The position numbers and the translations under genes were made by a program. From NCBI GenBank assembly GCA_963741955.1, contig CAVUKB010000007.1, positions 960,001-1,024,000 of the forward strand: a stretch of DNA of 64,000 bases. Reading direction: 5' to 3'. This stretch comes from an uncultured Acidobacteriota bacterium. GTDB taxonomy: Bacteria > Acidobacteriota > Thermoanaerobaculia > Gp7-AA8. Positions 20,730 to 30,047 of the stretch are shown here, one piece after another. Every line of letters starts with the position of its first letter. The stretch's first letter is position 1. A model generated the notes under the pieces. The model saw only the letters and a list, made by a program, of their open reading frames with translations. It was not told where the DNA came from and made no database searches.

Positions 20730-20951
20730 CCCGGAGAGAGCGCCGCGTACGCGGGCTTCCAGGAGGGTCGACCCGTAGCAGGTCGACGGTCGCCTCTCCC
20801 TCTCCCTCCCGGCGAGGCGGCCGGAGATGGACGTTCGCCGATCGGTCGGCCCCGCGGTGAAGGACACGGCGTCACCACGACCGACGATCGTCCGCGCGAG
20901 CGGATTCCGTTTGCGCGTGTCGTCGGCGGAAGGGACGGTACAATCCACTCC

Positions 20952-21746
20952 ATGCGCCTGTTGCCACTCGCAGTCGCGATCTTCCTCGCCACAGGCTCGT
21001 CGTCGCATCCTCCGGCGTCGCCGCTGCGGGTGATGACGTACAACATCCACGCGGGGAAGGACGCCGGCGGGGTCGACAATCTCGCGCGCGTCGCCGACGT
21101 GATCGCGAAGAGCGATGCGGAGATCGTTCTCCTCCAGGAGGTCGACCGGAACACGGCCCGCTCGGGAAACGTCGACCAGGCGGCCGAGCTCGAGCGGCTT
21201 ACCGGCTTCCACGCCGCGTTCGGAAAGTCGCTCGACTACCAGGGAGGAGAGTACGGGATCGCCATCCTCTCGCACTGGCCGATCACCCGGGCGACGACGG
21301 TGCATCTGCCGGTCGAGCCGACGCAGACGCGCGCGGGTGAATCGACCGAGCCGCGTGTCGCGCTGGTGATCGAGACGAAGACGCCGCTCGGCGCGCTCAC
21401 CGTCGTCGATACACATCTCGACGCATCGCGTGACGACCGCTACCGGCTCCAGGAAGTGCGCGAGCTCGTGTCGCTGGTGGGAGAGCAGAAGTCGTCGGAC
21501 ATCCTCGTCGGAGGTGACTTCAACTCGACTCCGACCAGCCGGATTCACGAAGTGATGATCGGGTCGGGACTCCGCGACGCATGGTCCGAATGCGCGAGCG
21601 CGGGTGAAGGCGCGACGTATCCCGCCGACACTCCCCGCGAGCGCATCGACTACCTCTACCTCGGCGACGCGTTTCACTGCGCGGCGGCGACCGTTCTCGA
21701 GACCCGGGCTTCGGACCATCGCCCGCTACTCGTCGAGCTGAGGTGA
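20952..21746 (+). CDS. Exported endonuclease/exonuclease/phosphatase family protein
   Basis: MTYNIH, LQEVD, THLD, GGDFN, RIDY and SDH motifs. Signal peptide. Confidence 0.9.
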   Translation: MRLLPLAVAIFLATGSSSHPPASPLRVMTYNIHAGKDAGGVDNLARVADVIAKSDAEIVLLQEVDRNTARSGNVDQAAELERLTGFHAAFGKSLDYQGGEYGIAILSHWPITRATTVHLPVEPTQTRAGESTEPRVALVIETKTPLGALTVVDTHLDASRDDRYRLQEVRELVSLVGEQKSSDILVGGDFNSTPTSRIHEVMIGSGLRDAWSECASAGEGATYPADTPRERIDYLYLGDAFHCAAATVLETRASDHRPLLVELR

Positions 21747-21877
21747 CTTCCGGCATCTGAGCGGCCAGGCTCCGCCACGCATGCATCGTTTTTTCTGAAC
21801 GCACAGAACGACCCTGTCGTGATTCGCGCGTTGATCCGGGATGGGAGACCGCCCTCAAGGCTCACACTCTTCGGCGA

Positions 21878-22378
21878 CTACTGCACGTCTTCGGACGCCC
21901 TCGGGTCGAACTGCGGAAGAAGGCGGTCACGGTCGTACGGTGGCGTTTCTTTCGGCGGGAGTGGCCGGTCGTCTTCCCGGAAGCTCTCCCGCTCGTCCTC
22001 GTCGGCGTAGTAACGGAGATAGATCTCGATGTCTTCTTCGCTGCAGCCGCCGATCGGACTGTAGAACCAGCCGCCCATCGGTGAGCCCGGAAGAATGGTC
22101 TCTTCCACGAGCACATGACCGACCAGATAGCGGTAAAGCTCACGGTCGCTGAGGTGGTTCGTCGACTCGACATAGATGCCGATCTCCGCCATCGCCTTCA
22201 GAATCGCCCAGAGGCGTTCGTAAAGCTTCGCGTCGTCGAGCGAGGTCTCGTCGGGGATCTCCACGCCGCGCGCGCGGAGGACCTCGATCGGCCTCTCCCC
22301 CTCTTCCTCGCCATCGTAGAAGCGGTCGATCCGCTCGATCTCTTCGATCGGATCATACTCGTCGTCGTTCGATTTCAT
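21878..22378 (-). CDS. Acidic hypothetical protein
   Basis: Protein-like composition, GAGG RBS, STNHLSDRELYRYL segment. Confidence 0.7.
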   Translation of the reverse strand: MKSNDDEYDPIEEIERIDRFYDGEEEGERPIEVLRARGVEIPDETSLDDAKLYERLWAILKAMAEIGIYVESTNHLSDRELYRYLVGHVLVEETILPGSPMGGWFYSPIGGCSEEDIEIYLRYYADEDERESFREDDRPLPPKETPPYDRDRLLPQFDPRASEDVQ

Positions 22379-22559
22379 CTCGTCACCTCGACGCGAGCTT
22401 CCCTCGGGTCGGTCGTCCAGTCAAGTGTTCTACTCCTCGTGGAATTTCCAGCCGAATGCGAATCACCTCTTCGCGCTGTTCGACCCGAACCACCCGAAAA
22501 CCGTGATTCGAAAGGAGAGAGCTGACCCCGGGACCTCGCGTGATCCTCGCGACCAGCGA

Positions 22560-23354
22560 TCAGGCAGCCGGCGCGGCCTGCTGTCTCGTACCGAGACGAA
22601 TCGCTTTCACGACGGCGATGATCCCGAAGATTACGAAGACCAACGCCCAGATCAGGGCGAGGATGTCGACGACGATCGCTCCGATCGCGTCGGTGATGCT
22701 GACGAGGAAAGAAGGGACGATTCCGTGCAGGAACGCGATCAGAATCGATGCGATGATGGAGGTCGCGTACATCACGAGAAGTCCGTATTGTCTAACGAAG
22801 CGCTGCTGGGCCAGGAGAAGGCACGCGCCGGCTCCGAGCTTCAGGAAAAGGATGAGAGAGAGGATGACGGCGGCTCCACCGCGGTCGAACGATCCGTAAA
22901 GTGCCATATACGCGATCGTTCCGAACGGGACGGCGAGAAAAAGGGTCAGCCGGACGGTCAGCTCGATGAGCAGGACAGGAATCTTCATCAGCGTCGCGAC
23001 AAGGACGAGGAACCCGGCGATCAGACCGATCAGCCCCTGAGTGCGGCCGTGAATGCGGTCTCCAACGACGATCGGAAGGGCAAGAAGGACAACGGTGAGT
23101 AGAAAGAGTCCATCCACGTAAGCCATGGTGTGAATGGCGAGACCGGGAGGGGTGTCGTGGGGTGTCGTCGCATCGCTCAGGTTCTTTTGGAGCTCCTGCT
23201 GTTCTTCGGGAGTCAAGCCCGCCAGATTGGCCGGCGCCGTTCGGGGAGGAGGGGGAACCTGCAGAAGAAGCGTCTCTCCGAGCTCCATGAGCACGGCCAG
23301 TGCGATCAGGACGAGAGCTAAGAACAGGAACGGCTTGCGCATCGAGTCGATCAT
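22560..23354 (-). CDS. Polytopic (~6-7 TM) membrane protein, last gene of the CIS-associated run
   Basis: Multiple long hydrophobic segments. ATGA overlap with the upstream lipoprotein gene. GGAGG RBS. Confidence 0.8.
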   Translation of the reverse strand: MIDSMRKPFLFLALVLIALAVLMELGETLLLQVPPPPRTAPANLAGLTPEEQQELQKNLSDATTPHDTPPGLAIHTMAYVDGLFLLTVVLLALPIVVGDRIHGRTQGLIGLIAGFLVLVATLMKIPVLLIELTVRLTLFLAVPFGTIAYMALYGSFDRGGAAVILSLILFLKLGAGACLLLAQQRFVRQYGLLVMYATSIIASILIAFLHGIVPSFLVSITDAIGAIVVDILALIWALVFVIFGIIAVVKAIRLGTRQQAAPAA

Positions 23355-23770
23355 CGGTCCTCCGCGACGAGACCGCAGTCGGCGCACCGTATGAACAAAG
23401 AGCCTCCGTCTCGCCGGATCGGGATGTGGGCAGGATCTTCCGGAGTAACCTTCATTCGAATGGCGTCACTGCTCCCCGCCGGGGTGTATCGGATCTCTGC
23501 CTCGCTGCCGGCCACCAGATGCAGGTGCGCTTTCCTGATCATCGACGAGGATTTCGCGACGGTCGCAACGCATCGGCCATCGACGTTCAGCAATCCCCCG
23601 ACCGCACAGGGGCCGGAGATCTCCGACATCCTGACCGGCCTGGAAGGGGCGATGCGTGCCAGTGTCTTCAGAATCCGTGGCGGATGTCGAACGTCGATCG
23701 TCCGCGAGTCGCCTCCACAAGCGACGGCGAGCGCGATCAGACTGATGGCGAGGAAGACATGACGTCGCAT
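23351..23770 (-). CDS. Putative lipoprotein (CIS-associated)
   Basis: MRRHVFLAISLIALAVAC lipobox signal, with four further Cys. GGAGG RBS. Confidence 0.7.
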   Translation of the reverse strand: MRRHVFLAISLIALAVACGGDSRTIDVRHPPRILKTLARIAPSRPVRMSEISGPCAVGGLLNVDGRCVATVAKSSSMIRKAHLHLVAGSEAEIRYTPAGSSDAIRMKVTPEDPAHIPIRRDGGSLFIRCADCGLVAEDR

Positions 23771-23785
23771 CGTCCCTCCCGATCG

Positions 23786-23992
23786 TCAATGGTGCATGAT
23801 GAGTCCGGCGATGCTCGAGCCGATGACGACCAGCCCGATCACGACCATCAGGATCGTGTATCCGGGTGAACTGGCCGGCACCGCACCGCTCTCTCCTCTC
23901 GCGTTGCGAACGATGAGCGGCCCCCACTTGAAAATTCCGGCGAGGATGAAAACCACGCCGACGACGATTCCTATGATTGCTCCGACGACCAT
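23786..23992 (-). CDS. Small 2-TM membrane protein
   Basis: 68 aa with two hydrophobic helices. Strong AGGAGGAGG RBS. Confidence 0.7.
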   Translation of the reverse strand: MVVGAIIGIVVGVVFILAGIFKWGPLIVRNARGESGAVPASSPGYTILMVVIGLVVIGSSIAGLIMHH

Positions 23993-24005
23993 GCCTCCTC
24001 CTTCC

Positions 24006-24188
24006 TCATTTGGCTGCGATCATGATGATGCCGCCGACGACGAACGCTGCACTGAGCAGACCCTCGATGACCCGCAGAGCCGTGCTGTTGACGGCGTGTC
24101 CCTGTACGAATGCCGGAATGAACATGAAGATGGAATTGGCAATCCCGAACAGCCCGATCAGAATGAATACGATCCCGATGATGATCAT
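24006..24188 (-). CDS. Small 2-TM membrane protein
   Basis: 60 aa with two hydrophobic helices. GGAGG RBS. Confidence 0.7.
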   Translation of the reverse strand: MIIIGIVFILIGLFGIANSIFMFIPAFVQGHAVNSTALRVIEGLLSAAFVVGGIIMIAAK

Positions 24189-24309
24189 CTGCTTCCTCCC
24201 GTTCAGAACACGTCCCTAATCGCCGGTCACCCGTCATTCGAGTGGAGACGGCACCCGTAGTATCCTTCCATCGGCGCGGTCACACGGTCCAGGTATCGAC
24301 CTCTCGCGC

Positions 24310-25335
24310 TCAGTGAGACGGTAAGGTCATGCTCTTCTCCCTGAATATCTCGGCCTGTCTCTTCAAGAGTGGCGACATCTCTGAAATGTGTGGATCGAGG
24401 AGCCAGGGGTGGAACCGATTCTGTGCGATCACCACGGTCACATGACTCTGCCTGGCGACCTTCGAACCGGCCGGCGGTCTCAGGCCGATCACGGTTCCGA
24501 ACGATCCGTTCGCCACCACCGGAATGGGATCGGGAATGAGGCCGGCCTGATAGATCCGGAGCATTGCGGTGTCTCCCTTCAGGCCGTTGACCCGCGGGAC
24601 TGCAACTTCGTCTGCGACTTCCTCTTCCGAGACCGCCTGCTCGAGCCGAGCGGCCTCGGCATCCGAGAGTCGAGTCGCTTCGTCTTTCGCGAGATCGAGA
24701 GCGACCTGGCGGCGTGTCGCGACGGTCAATGTCACCAGACTGCCTTTCCCGGTCCTCTCGCCCTCACCGGGACTCTGATCGAGCACGATTCCTGCATCGA
24801 CTGTAGCGTCCTTCCGTCCGTCGAGGCCGACCTGAAATCCGGTTTCCTGTAGAGTTCTGATCGCGGCGATGAACGGCTCCCCGTTGACGCCCGGTACTAC
24901 TTTTCTCTGAAGCAGGTACCACACACTGATTCCGACCACGATCAGCACGACGGCGGCAGCGACCCAGATCCACCATAGTGACCTCTGGCCTTCGGCCACC
25001 TTGAAGTGGACCGTCGGACCCTCGTCGTACTCTTCGCCCGTCCTGCGAAGCGCCGAAGTCATGTCGAAGCGGAAGGCGTAAGTGCCGGCCTTGGTTCCCT
25101 GCGGGACCGCCACGTTCACGTCGAACTGATTGACTCCATTCGGCGTGAAGTCACGTTCGCTGTCTCCAGCGATGGTCAACCATTCCGCTTTGGTCGATCC
25201 CTGCGCGACGACTTTGGCCATGGCGCGATCGATCTGGCCGCTCACATTGGTGACCGTATATGCAACGGTCGTCTTCCCCGTAGCGTCCAGAGTCAGTGAC
25301 TGTGAGGGTGTGGTGATTGTGTATTTATGCGCCAT
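24310..25335 (-). CDS. Single-pass membrane protein: N-terminal Ig-like domain, TM, two PASTA-like domains
   Basis: TM WWIWVAAAVVLIVVGISVWYLL. PASTA-like VPGVNG...GIVLDQSPGEG...VTLTVA and VPRVNG...GTVIGLRPPAGSKV...VTVVIA. Confidence 0.8.
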   Translation of the reverse strand: MAHKYTITTPSQSLTLDATGKTTVAYTVTNVSGQIDRAMAKVVAQGSTKAEWLTIAGDSERDFTPNGVNQFDVNVAVPQGTKAGTYAFRFDMTSALRRTGEEYDEGPTVHFKVAEGQRSLWWIWVAAAVVLIVVGISVWYLLQRKVVPGVNGEPFIAAIRTLQETGFQVGLDGRKDATVDAGIVLDQSPGEGERTGKGSLVTLTVATRRQVALDLAKDEATRLSDAEAARLEQAVSEEEVADEVAVPRVNGLKGDTAMLRIYQAGLIPDPIPVVANGSFGTVIGLRPPAGSKVARQSHVTVVIAQNRFHPWLLDPHISEMSPLLKRQAEIFREKSMTLPSH

Positions 25336-25380
25336 GGCGGTTCTCCTGATCTCTCATTCGAGTTCATTCGTCGTGTCGCC

Positions 25381-26196
25381 TCATCCCAGCACTCGCCGGC
25401 TGGCAGCCAGAGCGTTGTCTCGGGCGGTCTGGTCGCGCGTCGCGGGAGGGACACAGACGTGATCGTCCGGCGACGCGTCCCGCCAAACGAACCCTTGGCG
25501 GCAGGAGTCCGGCCCCCAGGGCCCTCCATGAGGCGACCGGCGGCCGGCCGCGAGCTCGTTGTCGCGCGCTGCCTGCGCTCGCGTCTGAGGGGTGACGCAG
25601 ACGTGATCTTCGGGGAAGGCTTCACGCCAGACGAATCCTGTCTTGCAGGTATCCGGTCCATACGGAAGAACCGGAATCACTCTCGCCGGGTCGAATGTAT
25701 GAGTCGGGCCCGACGGCGGCGCAGGTACCGGGTCGGGGATCGGTGCGGGCCCCGGAGGATGCGGTCGAAAGGCGAGGTAACCTCCGACTCCCAGGACCAC
25801 GATTACGAGCGCTGCCGCGACCCAGATCCACCACCGGCTGTCGGGCTTCTTCGCGGTTGCACTCGCCGCGAACTTCACGATCGGCCCCTCTTCATGGTCT
25901 TCACCGGTTTTGCGTGCGGAGACGACGTCGAGGCGAAAGGCATACGAGCCGGCTGGTGTGCCGGAGGGGAGCTCGATGGCGACCACGTATTGATTCACTC
26001 CATTCACCGCGAACTCGCGGTCGCTCTCCCCTGCGATTGTCAACCAGGCGGCCTGCGTGGCGGCCTGTGGGACGACCAGAGCCATTCCGCGCTCCGGTGC
26101 CCCACTGACGTTGGTCACGGTGAATGCAATCTCGCCTTTACCGTTCGCGTCGAGCTGAATCGATTCTTGCGGTGTGGTGATCGTGAATTTGCGCAT
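25381..26196 (-). CDS. Single-pass membrane protein: N-terminal Ig-like domain, TM, Pro linker, duplicated Cys-rich repeat
   Basis: N-terminus paralogous to 24310-25335. TM WWIWVAAALVIVVLGVGGYL. Two GPDxCxxGFVWRxAxPxDHVCV repeats. Confidence 0.8.
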   Translation of the reverse strand: MRKFTITTPQESIQLDANGKGEIAFTVTNVSGAPERGMALVVPQAATQAAWLTIAGESDREFAVNGVNQYVVAIELPSGTPAGSYAFRLDVVSARKTGEDHEEGPIVKFAASATAKKPDSRWWIWVAAALVIVVLGVGGYLAFRPHPPGPAPIPDPVPAPPSGPTHTFDPARVIPVLPYGPDTCKTGFVWREAFPEDHVCVTPQTRAQAARDNELAAGRRSPHGGPWGPDSCRQGFVWRDASPDDHVCVPPATRDQTARDNALAASRRVLG

Positions 26197-26717
26197 CACT
26201 CCTCCCTGCTGGGACGTGTGACGTCGATCGTGCACGTCACATAGGCTGGTTTCTCCATCGCGACGATTCTTTCAATCAGATCGCGATGGGTCGTGGCTTC
26301 GGCCGGAATGTGGAGGTCGAAGTGGAACGGTCTCGTTCCTTCCTCGATGACGAATTCTCGACTGCCGGTGGCAACTGCGAGGATCTCGAGCAGCCCCTTG
26401 GTCGTGCCGCGCCACTTCCCGAGACGAGCCGCGGCGGCGACCAGCTCGCGCAGGCGCCCGGTCCCGGCACTGATACCGGCGGTGCCATCGGAGCGAAGCT
26501 CGAGGATCGGCTCCAGGCCGAGCCAGGACGCGAGAACGGGGACGAATGCATCCGGCGCGGTGAACGGGTTCAGCACGGCGCTGAATGTGGAGAGCACCCG
26601 TTCCGATGGGGCGTGCATCGATTCCATCACCCCGAGCAGTGCGGCAAGGGGAGGAGAGAAGTCCACCGTGCGCCGGATCACGGTCGGAAGGAGCTGGGCG
26701 ATCTGCTCCTGCTTCAT
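26196..26717 (-). CDS. CIS baseplate wedge / phage tail protein I-like
   Basis: LNPFTAPDAFVPVLASWLG, WRGTTKGL and EKPAYV motifs typical of P2 gpI-like proteins. Overlaps the baseplate J stop. Confidence 0.8.
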   Translation of the reverse strand: MKQEQIAQLLPTVIRRTVDFSPPLAALLGVMESMHAPSERVLSTFSAVLNPFTAPDAFVPVLASWLGLEPILELRSDGTAGISAGTGRLRELVAAAARLGKWRGTTKGLLEILAVATGSREFVIEEGTRPFHFDLHIPAEATTHRDLIERIVAMEKPAYVTCTIDVTRPSREE

Positions 26718-29284
26718 CCGTTCTGCTCCCCTTCGACCACGATGTCGATCTGGTGCTCCGCCGTGCAGAAGAGCCAGGTGGAAGGAATGGTGACCTTGTC
26801 CGTGAACGCGGGTGACGAGCAGGGTTGAAACGTCGTGCCCCCGTCGACGCTCCGGTAGACCCCGCGGGGCCCGGCTGCCAGGAGCCAGTGTCCGGAAGGA
26901 TCGACCGCGACGGCGTAGACCGGCTCGAAACGCGTCAACTCCTGAATGGGGAGATTCGAGGAGACCTCGCTCGTGCTCCATCGTGCATTCGGCACCGACG
27001 TGTCGAGTGTGGCGACGCCGGCGCGTTGTGTCGCGGCATGAACGACCGAGCCGTAAAAGGCGAGGGACTGGCAACTTCCTCCATCCCACCCCTCGGAGAA
27101 CGGGACCCACTCTCCGCCTCCCTCCGGCGTTTCCCAGATGCGCCAGCGATGACAGCCCTTCCCCACCGCGCCGGGCGCGGCAACGCCCGCCCAGAGAAAG
27201 GCGTTCGGTCCTTCACTCTGCGTGGCCAGGACCCGTATGTCTTCTCCACTCAGTCCGATCGGCCGGAACGTGCCGGGGCGTCCGTTCTCGTTGGAGAGGT
27301 AGATTCCTCCGGTGTTGCGCGCTGCGACTGCGACGCTCGTCGCCCCCAGAGCACCGACGGAGGCCGCGACGCTCCAGAACCCGAGGTCCTGATTCGCAGA
27401 GTCGACCAGCACCTGGACCGCCGTCGCTCCTTCCTGCATCGAGAGCTCGTACAGACCCTTGATCGTGGCGAGCAGAAGGACCGGAGATCCATCCCGGCGA
27501 GTCCATTCGATGTCGTCCACTCCGTGTGCGATGTTCACGCTCTCCCGCCAGGTCTCACCGCAGTCGGTGGAGATGCGCACCACGGACGATTTGCGATCCC
27601 GGGCGACGCTGATTGCGGTAACCAGCCCCGGCGCCGCCGGATGCGACTCGATCATCGAAGCGTTCTCGCCCGGAAAGCGGCCGGACGTCTCCCATCCTTC
27701 GCCGGAGTCGGTGGTGCGGAAGAAGGAGTCCCCTGCCGCGGCATAGAAGGTCCGCGGCTGGTATGCGTCCGTGGCGACGCTGTTGACGTCTCGCTCCGGA
27801 ACCCGATCCACGACCAGCCGGACGTCATCCGCATATCGCACGGCGGGATCCGCGAGGAGAAGGTCGTAGATGTGGCCGATGCGAAGCGGGTCGCCGAAAT
27901 GCCACCCGGTCACCCTCCGTGGTGACGGAAGAGGAGTCAGGGTCTGGTGCAGTCGATCGATGATCCTCTCATGAACGCGAGCCGGATCTTCACCGCGGCG
28001 AATCACCACGTGGGCTTCGACCCGAATCGGTTTACAGCGCGCCCATGCCGCAACGACCTTCGTCCCCAACGGGCGGCGTTCATCGAGTGCGTGCTGCGCA
28101 CGATGCAGAGCCTCGTCAGTCTGATACTCGGCGAGAACCGCTTCGGTGACGCCCGCGCGACGCGCCTCGATCGGAATGCTCGGGACCATGAGCACCTCCA
28201 CCGTTCCAGGGCGGGCGTGCCTCCAGAGGTCTGCGCTGGTCAGGGCGATGGCTCGCTCGATGGCCCCGGACGAATTGGCCGCCACCCGCTCGAAATCGCG
28301 CGCCGTGACCGCTCGCTCGAGTGAGTGCAGCTCCTGGGGGCCACGCAACATCGCGTTCTCGTCGGACTCTGCATCGCGTCCGCCGACCGCCGGAGCAGGA
28401 TTGGTCACCTTGACCAGCGGGATCGCGTCCTTCAACACGGTGAGGGAATTCGCGACCACGTTTCCCGCGGCACCGCCGCCGCGGCGGTACCACAGCCGGA
28501 TCTCGGCCCCGCTGTCCGGAATCGCTCCCAGGGTTCCCGCGGTCTCGGCCAGCGTGTTGTCGGGTCTGCGCGCATGCACGGCCGACGCGAACGTGATGGT
28601 TCCGGCGAGCCGGTCCGTGATGTAGACGTAGGGGTCGCCGCCGGTCTCGGCGAAACTGGGAACCTCTCTCCACACCCGATAGCGCTTCCCTTCGTATGCG
28701 CGGATCGACGCACGGTCCGGCGCTTCCGCATCCTCGATCTGCACGCCGACCACGAGGTCGAGGTCATCACCGGTCGGCGCCACGATCGGCGGACGTTTCG
28801 CGCGGACGCGCAGTCCAGGCAGGCCACTCCCGACTCCGGCCAGCTCCGCGTCGACGTGATCGCAGTGGTATGCGACGACGTCGCCGGCTGCCGTGCCGGG
28901 AGCCAGCTCGAGCGGCTCGGAGGTGGTGAAGACCGGCGCCGATGACGTCCCGCTGCGTGCCAGCGTGATCCGAGTTCCGCGCGGGATCGTCACTCCGCCG
29001 CCTTCCTTCTCCCGCGTGAATCGAAGCCGGACCATCGCTGCGGAAGGCGGCCGCAGCGTCACGCCGACGAGACGAAGAAACTCGATGTACGCGCTCGCCG
29101 GCAGCTGGTTCAGCCGATACAGCATCACCTCGGTCAGATAGGCGAAGACATCGACCAGCACCATTCCGGGGTCGCTCACGGACCTGTCGGTCCAGTCCGG
29201 CGCCAGCCGGTCGATGACCTTGTTCGCCTCGATGACGAGCTGGTCGAATGTTCGATCGTCGAGTTTCGGTGGCGAGAGCGGCAT
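26714..29284 (-). CDS. CIS baseplate J-like (Afp11-like) protein with an inserted BNR beta-propeller
   Basis: MPLSPPKLDDRTF...WTDRSVSDPG, GGGAAGNV, GGRDAES and RAVTARDFE. BNR motifs RTTDSGEGW, ISTDCGETW and RSVDGGTTF. Confidence 0.9.
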   Translation of the reverse strand: MPLSPPKLDDRTFDQLVIEANKVIDRLAPDWTDRSVSDPGMVLVDVFAYLTEVMLYRLNQLPASAYIEFLRLVGVTLRPPSAAMVRLRFTREKEGGGVTIPRGTRITLARSGTSSAPVFTTSEPLELAPGTAAGDVVAYHCDHVDAELAGVGSGLPGLRVRAKRPPIVAPTGDDLDLVVGVQIEDAEAPDRASIRAYEGKRYRVWREVPSFAETGGDPYVYITDRLAGTITFASAVHARRPDNTLAETAGTLGAIPDSGAEIRLWYRRGGGAAGNVVANSLTVLKDAIPLVKVTNPAPAVGGRDAESDENAMLRGPQELHSLERAVTARDFERVAANSSGAIERAIALTSADLWRHARPGTVEVLMVPSIPIEARRAGVTEAVLAEYQTDEALHRAQHALDERRPLGTKVVAAWARCKPIRVEAHVVIRRGEDPARVHERIIDRLHQTLTPLPSPRRVTGWHFGDPLRIGHIYDLLLADPAVRYADDVRLVVDRVPERDVNSVATDAYQPRTFYAAAGDSFFRTTDSGEGWETSGRFPGENASMIESHPAAPGLVTAISVARDRKSSVVRISTDCGETWRESVNIAHGVDDIEWTRRDGSPVLLLATIKGLYELSMQEGATAVQVLVDSANQDLGFWSVAASVGALGATSVAVAARNTGGIYLSNENGRPGTFRPIGLSGEDIRVLATQSEGPNAFLWAGVAAPGAVGKGCHRWRIWETPEGGGEWVPFSEGWDGGSCQSLAFYGSVVHAATQRAGVATLDTSVPNARWSTSEVSSNLPIQELTRFEPVYAVAVDPSGHWLLAAGPRGVYRSVDGGTTFQPCSSPAFTDKVTIPSTWLFCTAEHQIDIVVEGEQNG

Positions 29285-29704
29285 TCAGGATTCCTCCCCC
29301 GTCAGTGACATCGAGATGGCGATCTCGTCGACCCGTCGTGTGGCGCGGACGCGGTATTCCAGGCGGATGTCGAGCCTGGCCGGTTCGAACGGGTTCCGGC
29401 CGGCGTCGATCTCCGTGATCTCCACCCGTGGCTCGAACCTTTCGATGGCCTGCCGCACGTAGTGAATCGCGAGCCCTGCAGTGGTGTCGTCGTTCGGCCA
29501 GAACATCAGCCGATTGAGGCTGCAGCCGTAGGCCGGACGCATCACCCGCTCGCCATTGCGGGTGGTGAGCAGCAGCAGAATCGCCTGCCGTACGGCCGCC
29601 TGATTCGAAGTCATCGTGACGCCACCGGTCGGAGAGACGTGAAGTCCGGGGCTCTCGTCGTCGAGGTCCGGATGCGAGAATTCGAGCGTGCGGTACATTC
29701 TCAT
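29285..29704 (-). CDS. GPW/gp25 family baseplate protein (Afp9-like)
   Basis: VRQAILLLLTTRNGERVMRPAYGC...AIERFEPRV. Confidence 0.9.
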   Translation of the reverse strand: MRMYRTLEFSHPDLDDESPGLHVSPTGGVTMTSNQAAVRQAILLLLTTRNGERVMRPAYGCSLNRLMFWPNDDTTAGLAIHYVRQAIERFEPRVEITEIDAGRNPFEPARLDIRLEYRVRATRRVDEIAISMSLTGEES

Positions 29705-30045
29705 GCTGGTTGCTCCGAGACGAACGACTGCCCGGCCTGCCGCACTTCGTACCTCACGACGCCGGGAGGGGTCCCGTCCGTGAAGCCGGTAACCTCGTCG
29801 AGACAGATTCGCCGTCCCTCGATGAGCAGAAGCGGCGAGTATCCGGTGATGACAGTCAGAGTCATCGTGCACGGCTTGATGGTCGGAGCGGTATTCGGAC
29901 ACCCCGAGATCGAACGGTTCTCGGGATCGCGCTCGACCAGCACCTTGCGTAGCCCGATCGTGACCAGATCCTGTGTGGCCTCGATCTTCACGTGTCCCAG
30001 CTCGTGTGTGCAGACGATGGCGGCGTCTTCGGTCAGAAGGAGCAT
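29701..30045 (-). CDS. PAAR-like (DUF4280-type) spike tip protein
   Basis: 114 aa directly after VgrG, with the metal-binding pattern CTH...GCP...KPC. Confidence 0.7.
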   Translation of the reverse strand: MLLLTEDAAIVCTHELGHVKIEATQDLVTIGLRKVLVERDPENRSISGCPNTAPTIKPCTMTLTVITGYSPLLLIEGRRICLDEVTGFTDGTPPGVVRYEVRQAGQSFVSEQPA

Positions 30046-30047
30046 GC

